From: a virus
IMG/VR virus record: IMGVR_UViG_3300042554_001073
Strand: one strand, 5' to 3'
DNA length: 64,000 nucleotides
In this document: positions 1-8,130 of the stretch, in pieces
How the letters are laid out: each line of letters starts with the position of its first letter
How positions within the stretch are numbered: the stretch's first letter is position 1
Made by a program: the position numbers and the translations under genes
The notes under the pieces: generated by a model
Seen by the model: only the letters and a program-made list of their open reading frames with translations
Database searches by the model: none
Told to the model about the DNA's origin: nothing

Positions 1-752
1 TTTCTTTTATCCAACTGAACACTATCTTTTTCTTCAGATGCTTTGATAACAACATCATATTTGCCCATAATAGCAAACTGACCAGCAATCATACTGGCAA
101 TATCTATAATTTTTGTGTAGTGAAAACTTGTGATATGAAGATTATCTTCTGGTGTAAAATCAGTAAAGTTTTCCATCACTGTTTCAAGTGCTTCACAGCA
201 GTCTTCAGCATAAAGAAAATCCCGTTGCTCCTGTCCATCAGTAAGCATATCAATTACACCGGTTTCAAATCCTTTACGAATAAAGTCAGTGATAACGTGT
301 GCCTTTTCATGGTCTTTCTCAATACCATAGACATTCCAGAACTTCACAATCAATCCATTTAGTGACTTAGTATAAAGTTCACCAACGTTTTTAAGAACAC
401 CATATGGAGAGTAACTCATGTTACTCATTTGAGAGGAAGCAAATACAAATCTCTTATTGTATTTTTTCAAGTACCCAAATGCATTTGCCATTAAACGAGC
501 ATTGTTATCAATGAATTGGAAAGTGTGTTGATACTTTTTGAGATAACGAGAACCACCAACATCAAATGCAAGGAAGAATACAAAATCAGAATCTTGTATT
601 GTCATTTCCAATGATGAATTTGGAATTCTGGTCATATCTTGGTGTTCATCATTGACAATATCAAACTCATGAACTGTATGTCCCTTGCCACGCAAGTATT
701 CTGTAAGGTAGGCACCAATTTGCCCACTAGAACCCAGTACTGTAATTTTCAT
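1..752 (-). CDS. NAD-dependent epimerase/dehydratase (runs off the window at position 1)
   Basis: Hand-translated from ATG at 752: MKITVLGSSGQIGAYL (Rossmann GxxGxxG); follows the other SDR epimerases. Confidence 0.8.
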   Translation of the reverse strand, partial: MKITVLGSSGQIGAYLTEYLRGKGHTVHEFDIVNDEHQDMTRIPNSSLEMTIQDSDFVFFLAFDVGGSRYLKKYQHTFQFIDNNARLMANAFGYLKKYNKRFVFASSQMSNMSYSPYGVLKNVGELYTKSLNGLIVKFWNVYGIEKDHEKAHVITDFIRKGFETGVIDMLTDGQEQRDFLYAEDCCEALETVMENFTDFTPEDNLHITSFHYTKIIDIASMIAGQFAIMGKYDVVIKASEEKDSVQLDKR

Positions 753-754
753 AG

Positions 755-1804
755 TCAATTACCAAGTTGTTGATTAATCCAGTCGTAAGTTCGAGCAATA
801 CCTTCTTCCAGAGACATTGAATAATCCCAGTTGAGTTTTTCCCGAATCAAATCATTATTTGAATTACGACCACGAACACCAAGAGGTCCATCAATATGCT
901 TTTTAGTAATTTCTTTTCCAGCCGCTTTAGCAGCAATATCTGCCAACTGATTAATAGTTACCATCTCTTCAGAACCAATATTCACTGGTCCCATAAAATC
1001 AGACTGGACAAGGCGATATGTTGCTTCTACACATTCATCAATATACAAGAAGGAACGTGTTTGTTCTCCATCTCCCCAGATTTCAATCTCTCCACCGTCT
1101 TCAGGAAGTTCTGCTACTTTGCGACAGATTGCTGCCGGTGACTTTTCTTTTCCACCACACCAAGTTCCTTCTGGTCCGAATATATTATGATATCTAGCAA
1201 CACGTACAGGAATATTATAGTTGCGATTATAAGCAAAGTAGAGACGTTCTGAGAACAGTTTTTCCCATCCATATTCACTATCAGGTCCTGCTGGGTAAGC
1301 ATCATCTTCTTTGAGTCCAGGATTTTCTGGGTCCATCTGAATATGTTCTGGATACATACAAGCAGATGATGAGAAGAAAATAGTTGTTTTATTTACTGCT
1401 TTCAGTTCGTTCAAATCCTTTAACGAACGAAGAACATTTAAATTAATAGATGCTGAGTTATTCATCACATCAGCATCATGATCTCCCGTAAAAATATATC
1501 CAGCACCACCCATATCAGCAGCAAACTGATAGATTTCATCAAAAGTATCGATATAATTTGTTGGAACAAATTTATAAAAATTCCCAGAATATCCCCTAAA
1601 CTGTACTACTTTATCGACAAAAATTTGATCGGTTAAATCACCGAGAATAAATTCATCTGCTTGAGATAAAGAGTGTTCTGGATATTTTACGTCTACACCA
1701 CGAACCCAATATCCTTCATTCTTTAATCGTTTAACCATGTGACTGCCAATAAAGCCACCAGCACCAAGTACAAGTGCTGTTTTAATCTGTTGTGTCATGA
1801 ACAA
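755..1804 (-). CDS. NAD-dependent epimerase, GDP-mannose 3,5-epimerase-like
   Basis: GAGGFIG, FAADMGGAGYI, SSACMYP and YGWEK (YxxxK) motifs. Confidence 0.85.
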   Translation of the reverse strand: MFMTQQIKTALVLGAGGFIGSHMVKRLKNEGYWVRGVDVKYPEHSLSQADEFILGDLTDQIFVDKVVQFRGYSGNFYKFVPTNYIDTFDEIYQFAADMGGAGYIFTGDHDADVMNNSASINLNVLRSLKDLNELKAVNKTTIFFSSSACMYPEHIQMDPENPGLKEDDAYPAGPDSEYGWEKLFSERLYFAYNRNYNIPVRVARYHNIFGPEGTWCGGKEKSPAAICRKVAELPEDGGEIEIWGDGEQTRSFLYIDECVEATYRLVQSDFMGPVNIGSEEMVTINQLADIAAKAAGKEITKKHIDGPLGVRGRNSNNDLIREKLNWDYSMSLEEGIARTYDWINQQLGN

Positions 1805-1826
1805 ATCAATAATCTCCTAGTATATA

Positions 1827-2741
1827 TTATAGCATATTATGACAATACCAATCATAAGTTTTCTTAAGACCTTCCTCAAGAGATATCTTTGGTTCCCATC
1901 CAAGTTCTTTAATTTTATCTACATTTAGAACTTTACGAAGAGTTCCATTTGGGACATCACTATTCCATTTAATTTCACCAGTAAATCCAACAACTCTGGC
2001 AATCATCTGGGACAACTCTTTAATTGTAATGTCTTCACCAACTCCAATATTAATATGAGAAGATTCTTCATACTTCTGCATACAAACATAACAAGCTTCT
2101 GCTAAATCGTCAGCGTGAAGAAATTCTCTTTTAGGAGAACCATCGCCCCACAATGTTACATCTCCACCTTCGTGAAGTTTACGAATTAAAGCTGGTAAAA
2201 CGTGAGATGTTTCAAGATCAAAGTTATCATTGATGCCATATAGATTACACGGCATTACGCTAATAGCATTAAATCCATATTGTTCACGATATGATTGACA
2301 CATTTTAATGCCAGCGATCTTAGCGATAGCATAAGCATCATTTGTTGGTTCAAGTGGACCAGAGAGAAGTGATGATTCTACAATAGGAACCTCCGCAAAT
2401 TTGGGGTAAATGCATGAAGATCCCAGAAATAAAAGTTTCTTAACTCCTGTTTGATAGGCAGAATCTATAATGTTTGATTGGATCATCAAATTATCATAAA
2501 TCATTTCTGCTTTATGATTTTTATTTCCAAGAATTCCACCAACTTTTGCGGCAGCAAGGAAAACATATTCAGGTTCTTCTGAAAGAAAATATCTTATAGT
2601 TTCATCTTGATTTGTAAAGTCAACATCATCACGAGTTCCCTTGATAATATTAGTATACCCTTTACTTTCAAGGTTTCTTACTATTGCTGACCCAACCATT
2701 CCGTTAGCGCCAGCAACTAAAATTTTAGATTTCTTGTTCAT
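1827..2741 (-). CDS. fcl: GDP-L-fucose synthase
   Basis: [44 protein letters not shown]. Confidence 0.93.
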   Translation of the reverse strand: MNKKSKILVAGANGMVGSAIVRNLESKGYTNIIKGTRDDVDFTNQDETIRYFLSEEPEYVFLAAAKVGGILGNKNHKAEMIYDNLMIQSNIIDSAYQTGVKKLLFLGSSCIYPKFAEVPIVESSLLSGPLEPTNDAYAIAKIAGIKMCQSYREQYGFNAISVMPCNLYGINDNFDLETSHVLPALIRKLHEGGDVTLWGDGSPKREFLHADDLAEACYVCMQKYEESSHINIGVGEDITIKELSQMIARVVGFTGEIKWNSDVPNGTLRKVLNVDKIKELGWEPKISLEEGLKKTYDWYCHNML

Positions 2742-3735
2742 TTTTACACATATCCTCTACTAGTTGTTCAAACGAAGTATTTGGTTCCCACCCAAGTTTT
2801 TGTTTTGCTTTACTATAATCGCCAAGAAGAGAATCTACTTCTGCTGGACGGAAGTATTTTGGATCAACCATTATACAAACTAACCCAGTATTTGTATCAA
2901 TTCCAACTTCAGTTCCATCAACAGTAAACTGCCACTCTATATTCATTCCAAAGTAAGGTGCTGCTTCCTCAACAAATTGACGAACAGAATATTGTTTACC
3001 AGTTGCTATTACAAAGTCATCTGGTTCTTCTTGCTGTAGCATCATCCACATTGCCTCAACATAATCTTTAGCGTGTCCCCAATCACGTTTAGCATCAAGG
3101 TTACCCAACTTAAGAACAGTCTGCTTACCTTCAGAAATTGCTTTAAGACCCCTAGTAATCTTCCTTGTTACGAACGTTTCACCGCGTCTGGGAGATTCAT
3201 GATTAAACAAAATACCAGTACAAGCATACATTCCATATGCTTCTCTATAGTTTTTAGTAATCCAATATGCGTAAATCTTTGCTACACCATAAGGAGAACG
3301 GGGATAAAAAGGAGTAGTTTCGCGCTGAGGAGTTTCTTGAACAAGACCATAAAGTTCACTTGTAGATGCTTGGTAAATACGGACGCGATCTTCCATACCC
3401 AAGAGACGCACTGCTTCAAGAACACGAAGAGTTCCCATACCATCCACATCAGCAGTGTATTCAGGCATCTCAAAGGATACTTTGACGTGACTTTGAGCAC
3501 CAAGATTATAAATTTCATCAGGTTGAACTTTTTGTATAACTCGAACTATATTAGTAGAGTCTGTTAAGTCTCCGTAATGTAAGTTAATATTTTGAAATAT
3601 ATGATCAATTCTATGAGTATTAATCATAGAAGACCTTCTTATAATACCGTGAACTTCGTATCCCTTTTCTAAAAGAAGTTCAGCAAGATAAGAACCATCC
3701 TGACCAGTTATTCCAGTAATTAATGCTACTTTCAT
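2725..3735 (-). CDS. gmd: GDP-mannose 4,6-dehydratase
   Basis: [51 protein letters not shown]. Confidence 0.96.
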   Translation of the reverse strand: MKVALITGITGQDGSYLAELLLEKGYEVHGIIRRSSMINTHRIDHIFQNINLHYGDLTDSTNIVRVIQKVQPDEIYNLGAQSHVKVSFEMPEYTADVDGMGTLRVLEAVRLLGMEDRVRIYQASTSELYGLVQETPQRETTPFYPRSPYGVAKIYAYWITKNYREAYGMYACTGILFNHESPRRGETFVTRKITRGLKAISEGKQTVLKLGNLDAKRDWGHAKDYVEAMWMMLQQEEPDDFVIATGKQYSVRQFVEEAAPYFGMNIEWQFTVDGTEVGIDTNTGLVCIMVDPKYFRPAEVDSLLGDYSKAKQKLGWEPNTSFEQLVEDMCKNEQEI

Positions 3736-3762
3736 GAACAATGATGTTTTTTATATTGTAAT

Positions 3763-3791
3763 AAAAAAGAGGGGTTATGTAAACCCCTCTT
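3763..3791 (-). terminator. Intrinsic terminator-like hairpin
   Basis: AAGAGGGGTTT-ACAT-AACCCCTCTT followed by a T run on the minus strand. Confidence 0.7.
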
Positions 3792-3800
3792 ATTAAGATT

Positions 3801-3940
3801 CAGGCTCGCCACCAATTCTTTGACTGGAAATTGGAAACCAGGCGGGAGAGAGTCCCATCCGCACCACTTGCTCTTGAGAGAAGCAAGAAACTCTAAGGGG
3901 TCATTTGACTCCACCACCTAGTTTTACTTAACCAGGAAAA
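3801..3940 (-). ncRNA. wcaG/manA-like cyanophage structured RNA (3' part)
   Basis: Three repeated modules (G)TTTC-[stem]-TGGYG upstream of gmd; resembles the cyanophage manA/wcaG motifs from memory, not searched. Confidence 0.6.
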
Positions 3941-4151
3941 GTTGGATTAGTTTTGGTACTTCTATAGCAGCATAAAAACCACACAAGAAGAGAATATCCC
4001 AAAACTTATATTTGATAGCAAAAGGAACAACAAAAACGTTCCCTATACATTTTACAAATAATCCAATTTTCATATCTCCCCAAAGCAGAAAGAAATATCC
4101 TGATAAGAGAAGAAGATTGCCAATGTATCGGAATACATTAGATTTTGCCAT
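3924..4151 (-). CDS. Small hydrophobic membrane protein
   Basis: 75-aa ORF with about three hydrophobic segments. Confidence 0.6.
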   Translation of the reverse strand: MAKSNVFRYIGNLLLLSGYFFLLWGDMKIGLFVKCIGNVFVVPFAIKYKFWDILFLCGFYAAIEVPKLIQLFLVK

Positions 4152-4153
4152 TA

Positions 4154-4195
4154 GGGGTTTGCTCCCGACCAGTGCTGTTAAAGTCCATCCGTGAC
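4154..4195 (-). ncRNA. manA-like RNA 5' module
   Basis: GTCACGGATGGACTTTAACAGCACTGGTCGGGAGCAAACCCC in an intergenic gap; resembles the manA 5' end from memory. Confidence 0.45.
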
Positions 4196-4198
4196 TAT

Positions 4199-4441
4199 TT
4201 ACTCATCATCCTCATCGTCTGTAACATAACAAGGAACTCTGTCTGGGTCAAGCCAACGCGCATACTCAATGTCTTCCATAGCAGTAGTACATTGTAGACC
4301 ATTATCAAAAAGATAAATGTCATTCCAACGTTTTGTGTATTCGTTTTGCTTTTGTAAGCGATAATCGGGTTTACCATTTATCTCAAGAATACCTGCTTCA
4401 ACAAAGCGATATCCTTCACGCTCCAGAAGAACCTTTGTCAT
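4199..4441 (-). CDS. Hypothetical cyanophage protein
   Basis: 80-aa ORF coupled to the upstream ORF (ATGA overlap). Confidence 0.7.
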   Translation of the reverse strand: MTKVLLEREGYRFVEAGILEINGKPDYRLQKQNEYTKRWNDIYLFDNGLQCTTAMEDIEYARWLDPDRVPCYVTDDEDDE

Positions 4442-4653
4442 GCAACCTCAACTGCTTCAAGATCAGCAAGAACATATTCCATAAGCATCTCATAATCATC
4501 CAGAGGATCACCAGAGAATACTACACCTTCGTTCTCGTAGTAGCGGCGGACCTTTTTGTAGAGTTTCGGATTCTTTACATCAAGGTAAAACTCACCATTT
4601 GCTGCTCCGCGAAGGGTGGAAACGTCTTTCTTGAATTTTGCTGTAAGAGTCAT
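4438..4653 (-). CDS. Hypothetical cyanophage protein
   Basis: ORF MTLTAKFKKD... just downstream of a sigma70-like promoter. Confidence 0.7.
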   Translation of the reverse strand: MTLTAKFKKDVSTLRGAANGEFYLDVKNPKLYKKVRRYYENEGVVFSGDPLDDYEMLMEYVLADLEAVEVA

Positions 4654-4675
4654 TGTTTTGAATGTTGACCTTAGT

Positions 4676-4704
4676 ATTATAAGGGTTTGACTTAGAGAAG
4701 TCAA
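4676..4704 (-). promoter_or_regulatory. sigma70-like early promoter
   Basis: TTGACT-17-TATAAT. Confidence 0.75.
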
Positions 4705-4751
4705 GGAGTCCAGATTCCAATCTGGACTTGGACAGATTGGAATCTGTCCTA

Positions 4752-4825
4752 TGCTCGTTGAGAGAATCGAACTCTTCCTACGGCGCTTTATGAGAACGCT
4801 GCCTTCACCAGATGGCTAAACGAGC
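4752..4825 (-). tRNA. tRNA with CAT anticodon (Met or lysidine-Ile)
   Basis: GCTCGTT/AACGAGC acceptor, loop CT-CAT-AA, TTCGATT T loop. Confidence 0.9.
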
Positions 4826-4828
4826 ATT

Positions 4829-4903
4829 TGGTAGGACTGCTGGGAATTGAACCCAGTTCACACCGTTATAAGCAGTGGGCCTTAACCAATAGGCGACAGT
4901 CCC
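4829..4903 (-). tRNA. tRNA-Ile(TAT) with encoded CCA
   Basis: Cloverleaf; anticodon arm CACTG-CT TAT AA-CGGTG; 3' CCA. Confidence 0.9.
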
Positions 4904-4910
4904 ATAAAGA

Positions 4911-5141
4911 TCAAGAACCTTCTTCGTGATTGGTGTGAATGTGTATCAGTTCATCATCCACAACTGATTCTACTGCGTACTTTATGGTTTCATTGTAAGG
5001 AACTATCACTGCGCTATTATCTCCGTCTCGTATAATAAATGATTCACCATTTTCAACTCTAGTCATTAGATTGTCAAAATCCGATTGAAACTCTTCGACT
5101 GTAAAGGATTGAAGATCTTCTAGTTCTGAATACATTTTCAT
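4911..5141 (-). CDS. Phd/YefM-like small protein
   Basis: FTVEEFQSDFDNLMTRVENGESFIIRDGDNSAVIVP pattern. Confidence 0.55.
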   Translation of the reverse strand: MKMYSELEDLQSFTVEEFQSDFDNLMTRVENGESFIIRDGDNSAVIVPYNETIKYAVESVVDDELIHIHTNHEEGS

Positions 5142-5156
5142 AAAGTGATTTTATGA

Positions 5157-5232
5157 TCGGAGTATTCGGATTTGAACCGAAATTATTCCTGCTCCCAAAG
5201 CAGGTGCCATGACCAAGTTAGGCGATACTCCG
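5157..5232 (-). tRNA. tRNA-Pro(TGG)
   Basis: CGGAGTA/TACTCCG acceptor; CCTGC-TT TGG GA-GCAGG. Confidence 0.93.
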
Positions 5233-5346
5233 TTATTTGTTTTTGTGTATAATCATTATACCCAAGATTGGAACCATTGTCAAGAGGTAACACAGGATGA
5301 ATAAGAAAACTTGATTGTTGAGTAGTTCTCCAGCAAGATGTCTCAT
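5233..5346 (-). CDS. Small membrane peptide (37 aa)
   Basis: Hand-translated MRHLAGELLNNQVFLFILCYLLTMVPILGIMIIHKNK; contains a TTGACA-17-TATAAT promoter for tRNA-Pro. Confidence 0.5.
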   Translation of the reverse strand: MRHLAGELLNNQVFLFILCYLLTMVPILGIMIIHKNK

Positions 5347-5510
5347 CGTACTCTATCTATAATAGCAATGACGCCGTGGGCGTAGAAGAACAGCAGCACC
5401 GAACCGATTGCTGCTGATATCATTGTAGCAGTTTTATTGTGTTTGTCAATAGCAGCATCAATCATCTCCTGAACTTCAGAACGACTGATAAACTCATCGT
5501 GAGGTTCCAT
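5343..5510 (-). CDS. Small membrane protein (55 aa)
   Basis: Hand-translated MEPHDEFISRSEVQEMIDAAI...; coupled start/stop overlaps. Confidence 0.6.
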   Translation of the reverse strand: MEPHDEFISRSEVQEMIDAAIDKHNKTATMISAAIGSVLLFFYAHGVIAIIDRVR

Positions 5511-5659
5511 CACTTTTCATCTCCAAGAAATTTAGCAAGAGGATCTCTTCTGGTCTTTACTATTTCTACTGCTCTCTTATAGAACATATTATCAGTATTT
5601 CCAGAAGCTTCGAAAGTTTCTTTGATACGGACCCAATTATTATAAGTATGTTGGTCCAT
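5510..5659 (-). CDS. Hypothetical protein (49 aa)
   Basis: Hand-translated MDQHTYNNWVRIKETFEASGNTDNMFYKRA... Confidence 0.65.
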   Translation of the reverse strand: MDQHTYNNWVRIKETFEASGNTDNMFYKRAVEIVKTRRDPLAKFLGDEK

Positions 5660-5782
5660 GTCTGTGATGCGTATTACTATTATATACTAATCACGGATAT
5701 TTGAAAGTCAACCAATTGTCAGTGTTTTGTAACACTGCGATACAGAAAACGGAATAAAATATTAATTTGGTATCTTATGTAA

Positions 5783-5867
5783 CGGAAAGGGTGGGATTCG
5801 AACCCACGGATGCTTTCACATCGCTAGTTTTCAAGACTAGAGCCTTAAACCACTCGACCACCTTTCC
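5783..5867 (-). tRNA. tRNA-Ser(TGA)
   Basis: GGAAAGG acceptor, CTAGT-CT TGA AA-ACTAG, long variable arm. Confidence 0.95.
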
Positions 5868-5877
5868 AGTATTAAAT

Positions 5878-6123
5878 TCAACGAATTTCGAAGTCTAACC
5901 TACGAACTTTACGTTGTCTTCTCGCTTCTTGCCAAGCAATATCTTGAGAAGTAAGAACATTTTTTTGTTCTTTCTGTGTAGAGTTTACCATAACTACTCT
6001 ACTTAAGTCAACAGCTGAAACACTATCACCTTTAACAGTCATAGTATTTGGACAACCACACACTTGTGTTTTATTCGTGCTGCTTATCTCCTTGTTGCAA
6101 TCTCTGCATCTCACTACTAACAT
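5878..6123 (-). CDS. Zn-ribbon-like hypothetical protein
   Basis: CRDC...CGC motifs. Confidence 0.7.
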   Translation of the reverse strand: MLVVRCRDCNKEISSTNKTQVCGCPNTMTVKGDSVSAVDLSRVVMVNSTQKEQKNVLTSQDIAWQEARRQRKVRRLDFEIR

Positions 6124-6244
6124 TTTCAATCAATCTCCTTATGTCCGCTAAGTGTATTCTAATGTCATCGAGTTCTTCATGAATATCTTGGTGATGAAAC
6201 CTTAGAGGTTTCTGAATCAACTTACTAAATGCTTTTTTCTTCAT
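6071..6244 (-). CDS. Hypothetical protein (57 aa)
   Basis: Hand-translated MKKKAFSKLIQKPLRFHHQDIHEE...; ATG overlaps the dps stop. Confidence 0.5.
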   Translation of the reverse strand: MKKKAFSKLIQKPLRFHHQDIHEELDDIRIHLADIRRLIENVSSEMQRLQQGDKQHE

Positions 6245-6675
6245 TGTGTAAAGGATCTCAACATCCAGATAAATTTGCCGTGCTCTTCATTTAAATCATC
6301 AACAAGGTTAATTGTTCCTTTTGATTTTTGATTTTCTGCTTCTTCTGATACTTGAGTTAAAAGTTCTACAATCTTTTCATGGCACTTAATTAAGTCATTC
6401 ACCATCCCCATAGCATTTAGAGAACTATTTGCCTCTTCAACATGAGAAACTTCAGTAATTCTAGTTAAAGTAGGAACTGGTTTAATATTTAGATACCTCA
6501 TGTGCTCGGTCAGACGGTCTATCTGTTCGAACATTGCTTCATAATGAGCACCAAATAAATCATGAAACTCTTTAAAGTTGGGACCAACTACGTTCCAATG
6601 ATATACCCAGGTCTTTTGGAAAAGTACAAAAAGACTTGCCTGAGTATCAGAAAGTAATTTATATAGTGTTTCCAT
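6241..6675 (-). CDS. dps: Dps/ferritin-like protein
   Basis: YHWNVVGPNFKEFHDLF...Y...IDRLTEH Dps signature; TATAAATA late promoter upstream. Confidence 0.88.
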   Translation of the reverse strand: METLYKLLSDTQASLFVLFQKTWVYHWNVVGPNFKEFHDLFGAHYEAMFEQIDRLTEHMRYLNIKPVPTLTRITEVSHVEEANSSLNAMGMVNDLIKCHEKIVELLTQVSEEAENQKSKGTINLVDDLNEEHGKFIWMLRSFTQ

Positions 6676-6701
6676 CTTACTCTTTTTGAGTATTTATATA
6701 A

Positions 6702-6774
6702 TGGGAGCAGAGGGATTCGAACCCCCGACATTCTGCGTGTAAAGCAGACGCTGCTACCGCTGAGCTATGCTCCC
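6702..6774 (-). tRNA. tRNA-Val(TAC)
   Basis: TCTGC-TT TAC AC-GCAGA; canonical cloverleaf. Confidence 0.95.
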
Positions 6775-6777
6775 GTT

Positions 6778-6849
6778 TCCTCTGTCTAGGAATCGAACCC
6801 AGTTTCCATGTGTGTTGTCCACCCGTCCTTACCAATAGACTACCAGAGG
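6778..6849 (-). ncRNA. tRNA-like RNA with a non-canonical anticodon arm
   Basis: Acceptor CCTCTG/CAGAGG, D arm GTCT..GGAC and T arm CTGGG-TTCGATT-CCTAG, but no U33 loop or 5-bp anticodon stem. Confidence 0.6.
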
Positions 6850-7053
6850 TTGTGGTAGGTGTTGGGGACTTTACCTATGTCTCCACTCTTTACATTCACC
6901 CAAGCACCAGACTTGCTTCGACCTGGGGAGCGGTTTTGGCACCTACAGAACGGTGATGAGTGCCCATCACCAGCAGAAGACACTTTCTGCAACTTTCACT
7001 GCGTTAGAGGGCAGTGAGAATATGATAGAATCAGACATTTCCAACCCTATCAA

Positions 7054-7126
7054 CTGGGGCGGCAGGGATCGAACCTGCGACCTAGATGTTAACAGCATCC
7101 CGCTACTACCGCTGAGCTACACCCCA
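7054..7126 (-). tRNA. tRNA-Asn(GTT)
   Basis: GGATG-CT GTT AA-CATCT; G73. Confidence 0.95.
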
Positions 7127-7134
7127 ATGTTCTA

Positions 7135-7338
7135 TTACTTAGAACTTACAAAATCATTAATCGTTTCTGCTTGATTAAGGACATCTTGTAGAGTTGGAAA
7201 CTCTGGATAATCCATCTTCACAGTGTTTGCAGAATTTGCATTCCAATAACGAGCAGTATCCATTTCAATACTATACTGGTCATTCAGCATATTATATGCT
7301 TGCTTAAAGATTTCGAAACGAAGTTCGTAAGGTGTCAT
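7135..7338 (-). CDS. Hypothetical protein (67 aa)
   Basis: MTPYELRFEIFKQAY...; the longer ORF-track start overlaps tRNAs and is not credible. Confidence 0.7.
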   Translation of the reverse strand: MTPYELRFEIFKQAYNMLNDQYSIEMDTARYWNANSANTVKMDYPEFPTLQDVLNQAETINDFVSSK

Positions 7339-7385
7339 AGTTATAATCCTGTGTGTTTGTGTGTATAAAGAACCCAAAGGTTCAG

Positions 7386-7457
7386 AGCGGGGTATCGGAA
7401 TCGAACCGACGACATCTAACTTGGAAGGATAGCGTTCTACCGCTGAACTAACCCCGC
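7386..7457 (-). tRNA. tRNA-Gly(TCC)
   Basis: GCGGGGT/ACCCCGC; loop CT TCC AA. Confidence 0.93.
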
Positions 7458-7467
7458 TTATAGGACA

Positions 7468-7496
7468 ATCATAAACTATTTTAGTTTGATTGTCAA
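7468..7496 (-). promoter_or_regulatory. sigma70-like promoter inside an inverted repeat
   Basis: TTGACA-17-TATGAT. Confidence 0.75.
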
Positions 7497-7497
7497 G

Positions 7498-7579
7498 TGC
7501 GAGAGAAGGGACTCGAACCCTTATACCTTTCGGCATTGCTTTCTAAGAGCAACGTGGCTACCAATTACACCACTCTCGC
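7498..7579 (-). tRNA. tRNA-Leu(TAG)
   Basis: TTGCT-CT TAG AA-AGCAA; variable arm. Confidence 0.93.
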
Positions 7580-8032
7580 TAATGATTGTTTTGATGAAAA
7601 TGTTTCTGTTTGCGAATGACAATTTGGACAAAGCAATCTCAAATTGCAGGGTCTATTATCATAACATTCTCCATTAATATGGTCAACTTGTAATCTCAAA
7701 GGTTTATTATTCCAAGTAGAAGAAACACCGCATTCAGAACAAAAGTCGCCCCTCTCTTCAACAAGTAATCTATGTAAAATACCTCTCTTACATTTTTTAT
7801 CTTTATGGAGATAATATTTCTCTAAGGATAAATGTTTATTTTGACCTCCACAAGTTCTTATCTTTGAAGTGTGGTCTGGTTTATAATTTGGAATCCACTC
7901 CTTAGTTCGAACACGAAGAGTATCATATTTACAATTAAACTCAACACAGATATCTGTTGGAGATTTTTCTCCACTCAACAAAGATTTTATAATATATTCT
8001 TTGTTGTCATCCAAATCTGTTCTTTTTCTCAT
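7565..8032 (-). CDS. HNH homing endonuclease
   Basis: CSECG...LQVDHINGECYDNRPCNLRLLCPNCH; TATAAATA late promoter upstream (about 8053-8060). Confidence 0.9.
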   Translation of the reverse strand: MRKRTDLDDNKEYIIKSLLSGEKSPTDICVEFNCKYDTLRVRTKEWIPNYKPDHTSKIRTCGGQNKHLSLEKYYLHKDKKCKRGILHRLLVEERGDFCSECGVSSTWNNKPLRLQVDHINGECYDNRPCNLRLLCPNCHSQTETFSSKQSLARVV

Positions 8033-8083
8033 ATCGGTAAACTTGCTTGTATTATTTATAAGCAAGTTTACCGAAAGTTTTGA

Positions 8084-8130
8084 TGGAGTAAGCGTAATAT
8101 ACCTTATGAGGATATAACAGAGGCTTACCC
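8084..8130 (-). ncRNA. Armless tRNA-like RNA (acceptor-like stem plus CAT anticodon arm)
   Basis: GGGTAAGC/GCTTACTC stem, TATATC-CTCATAA-GGTATA arm, ends in CCA; directly after a TTGACA-17-TACTAT promoter. Confidence 0.45.
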
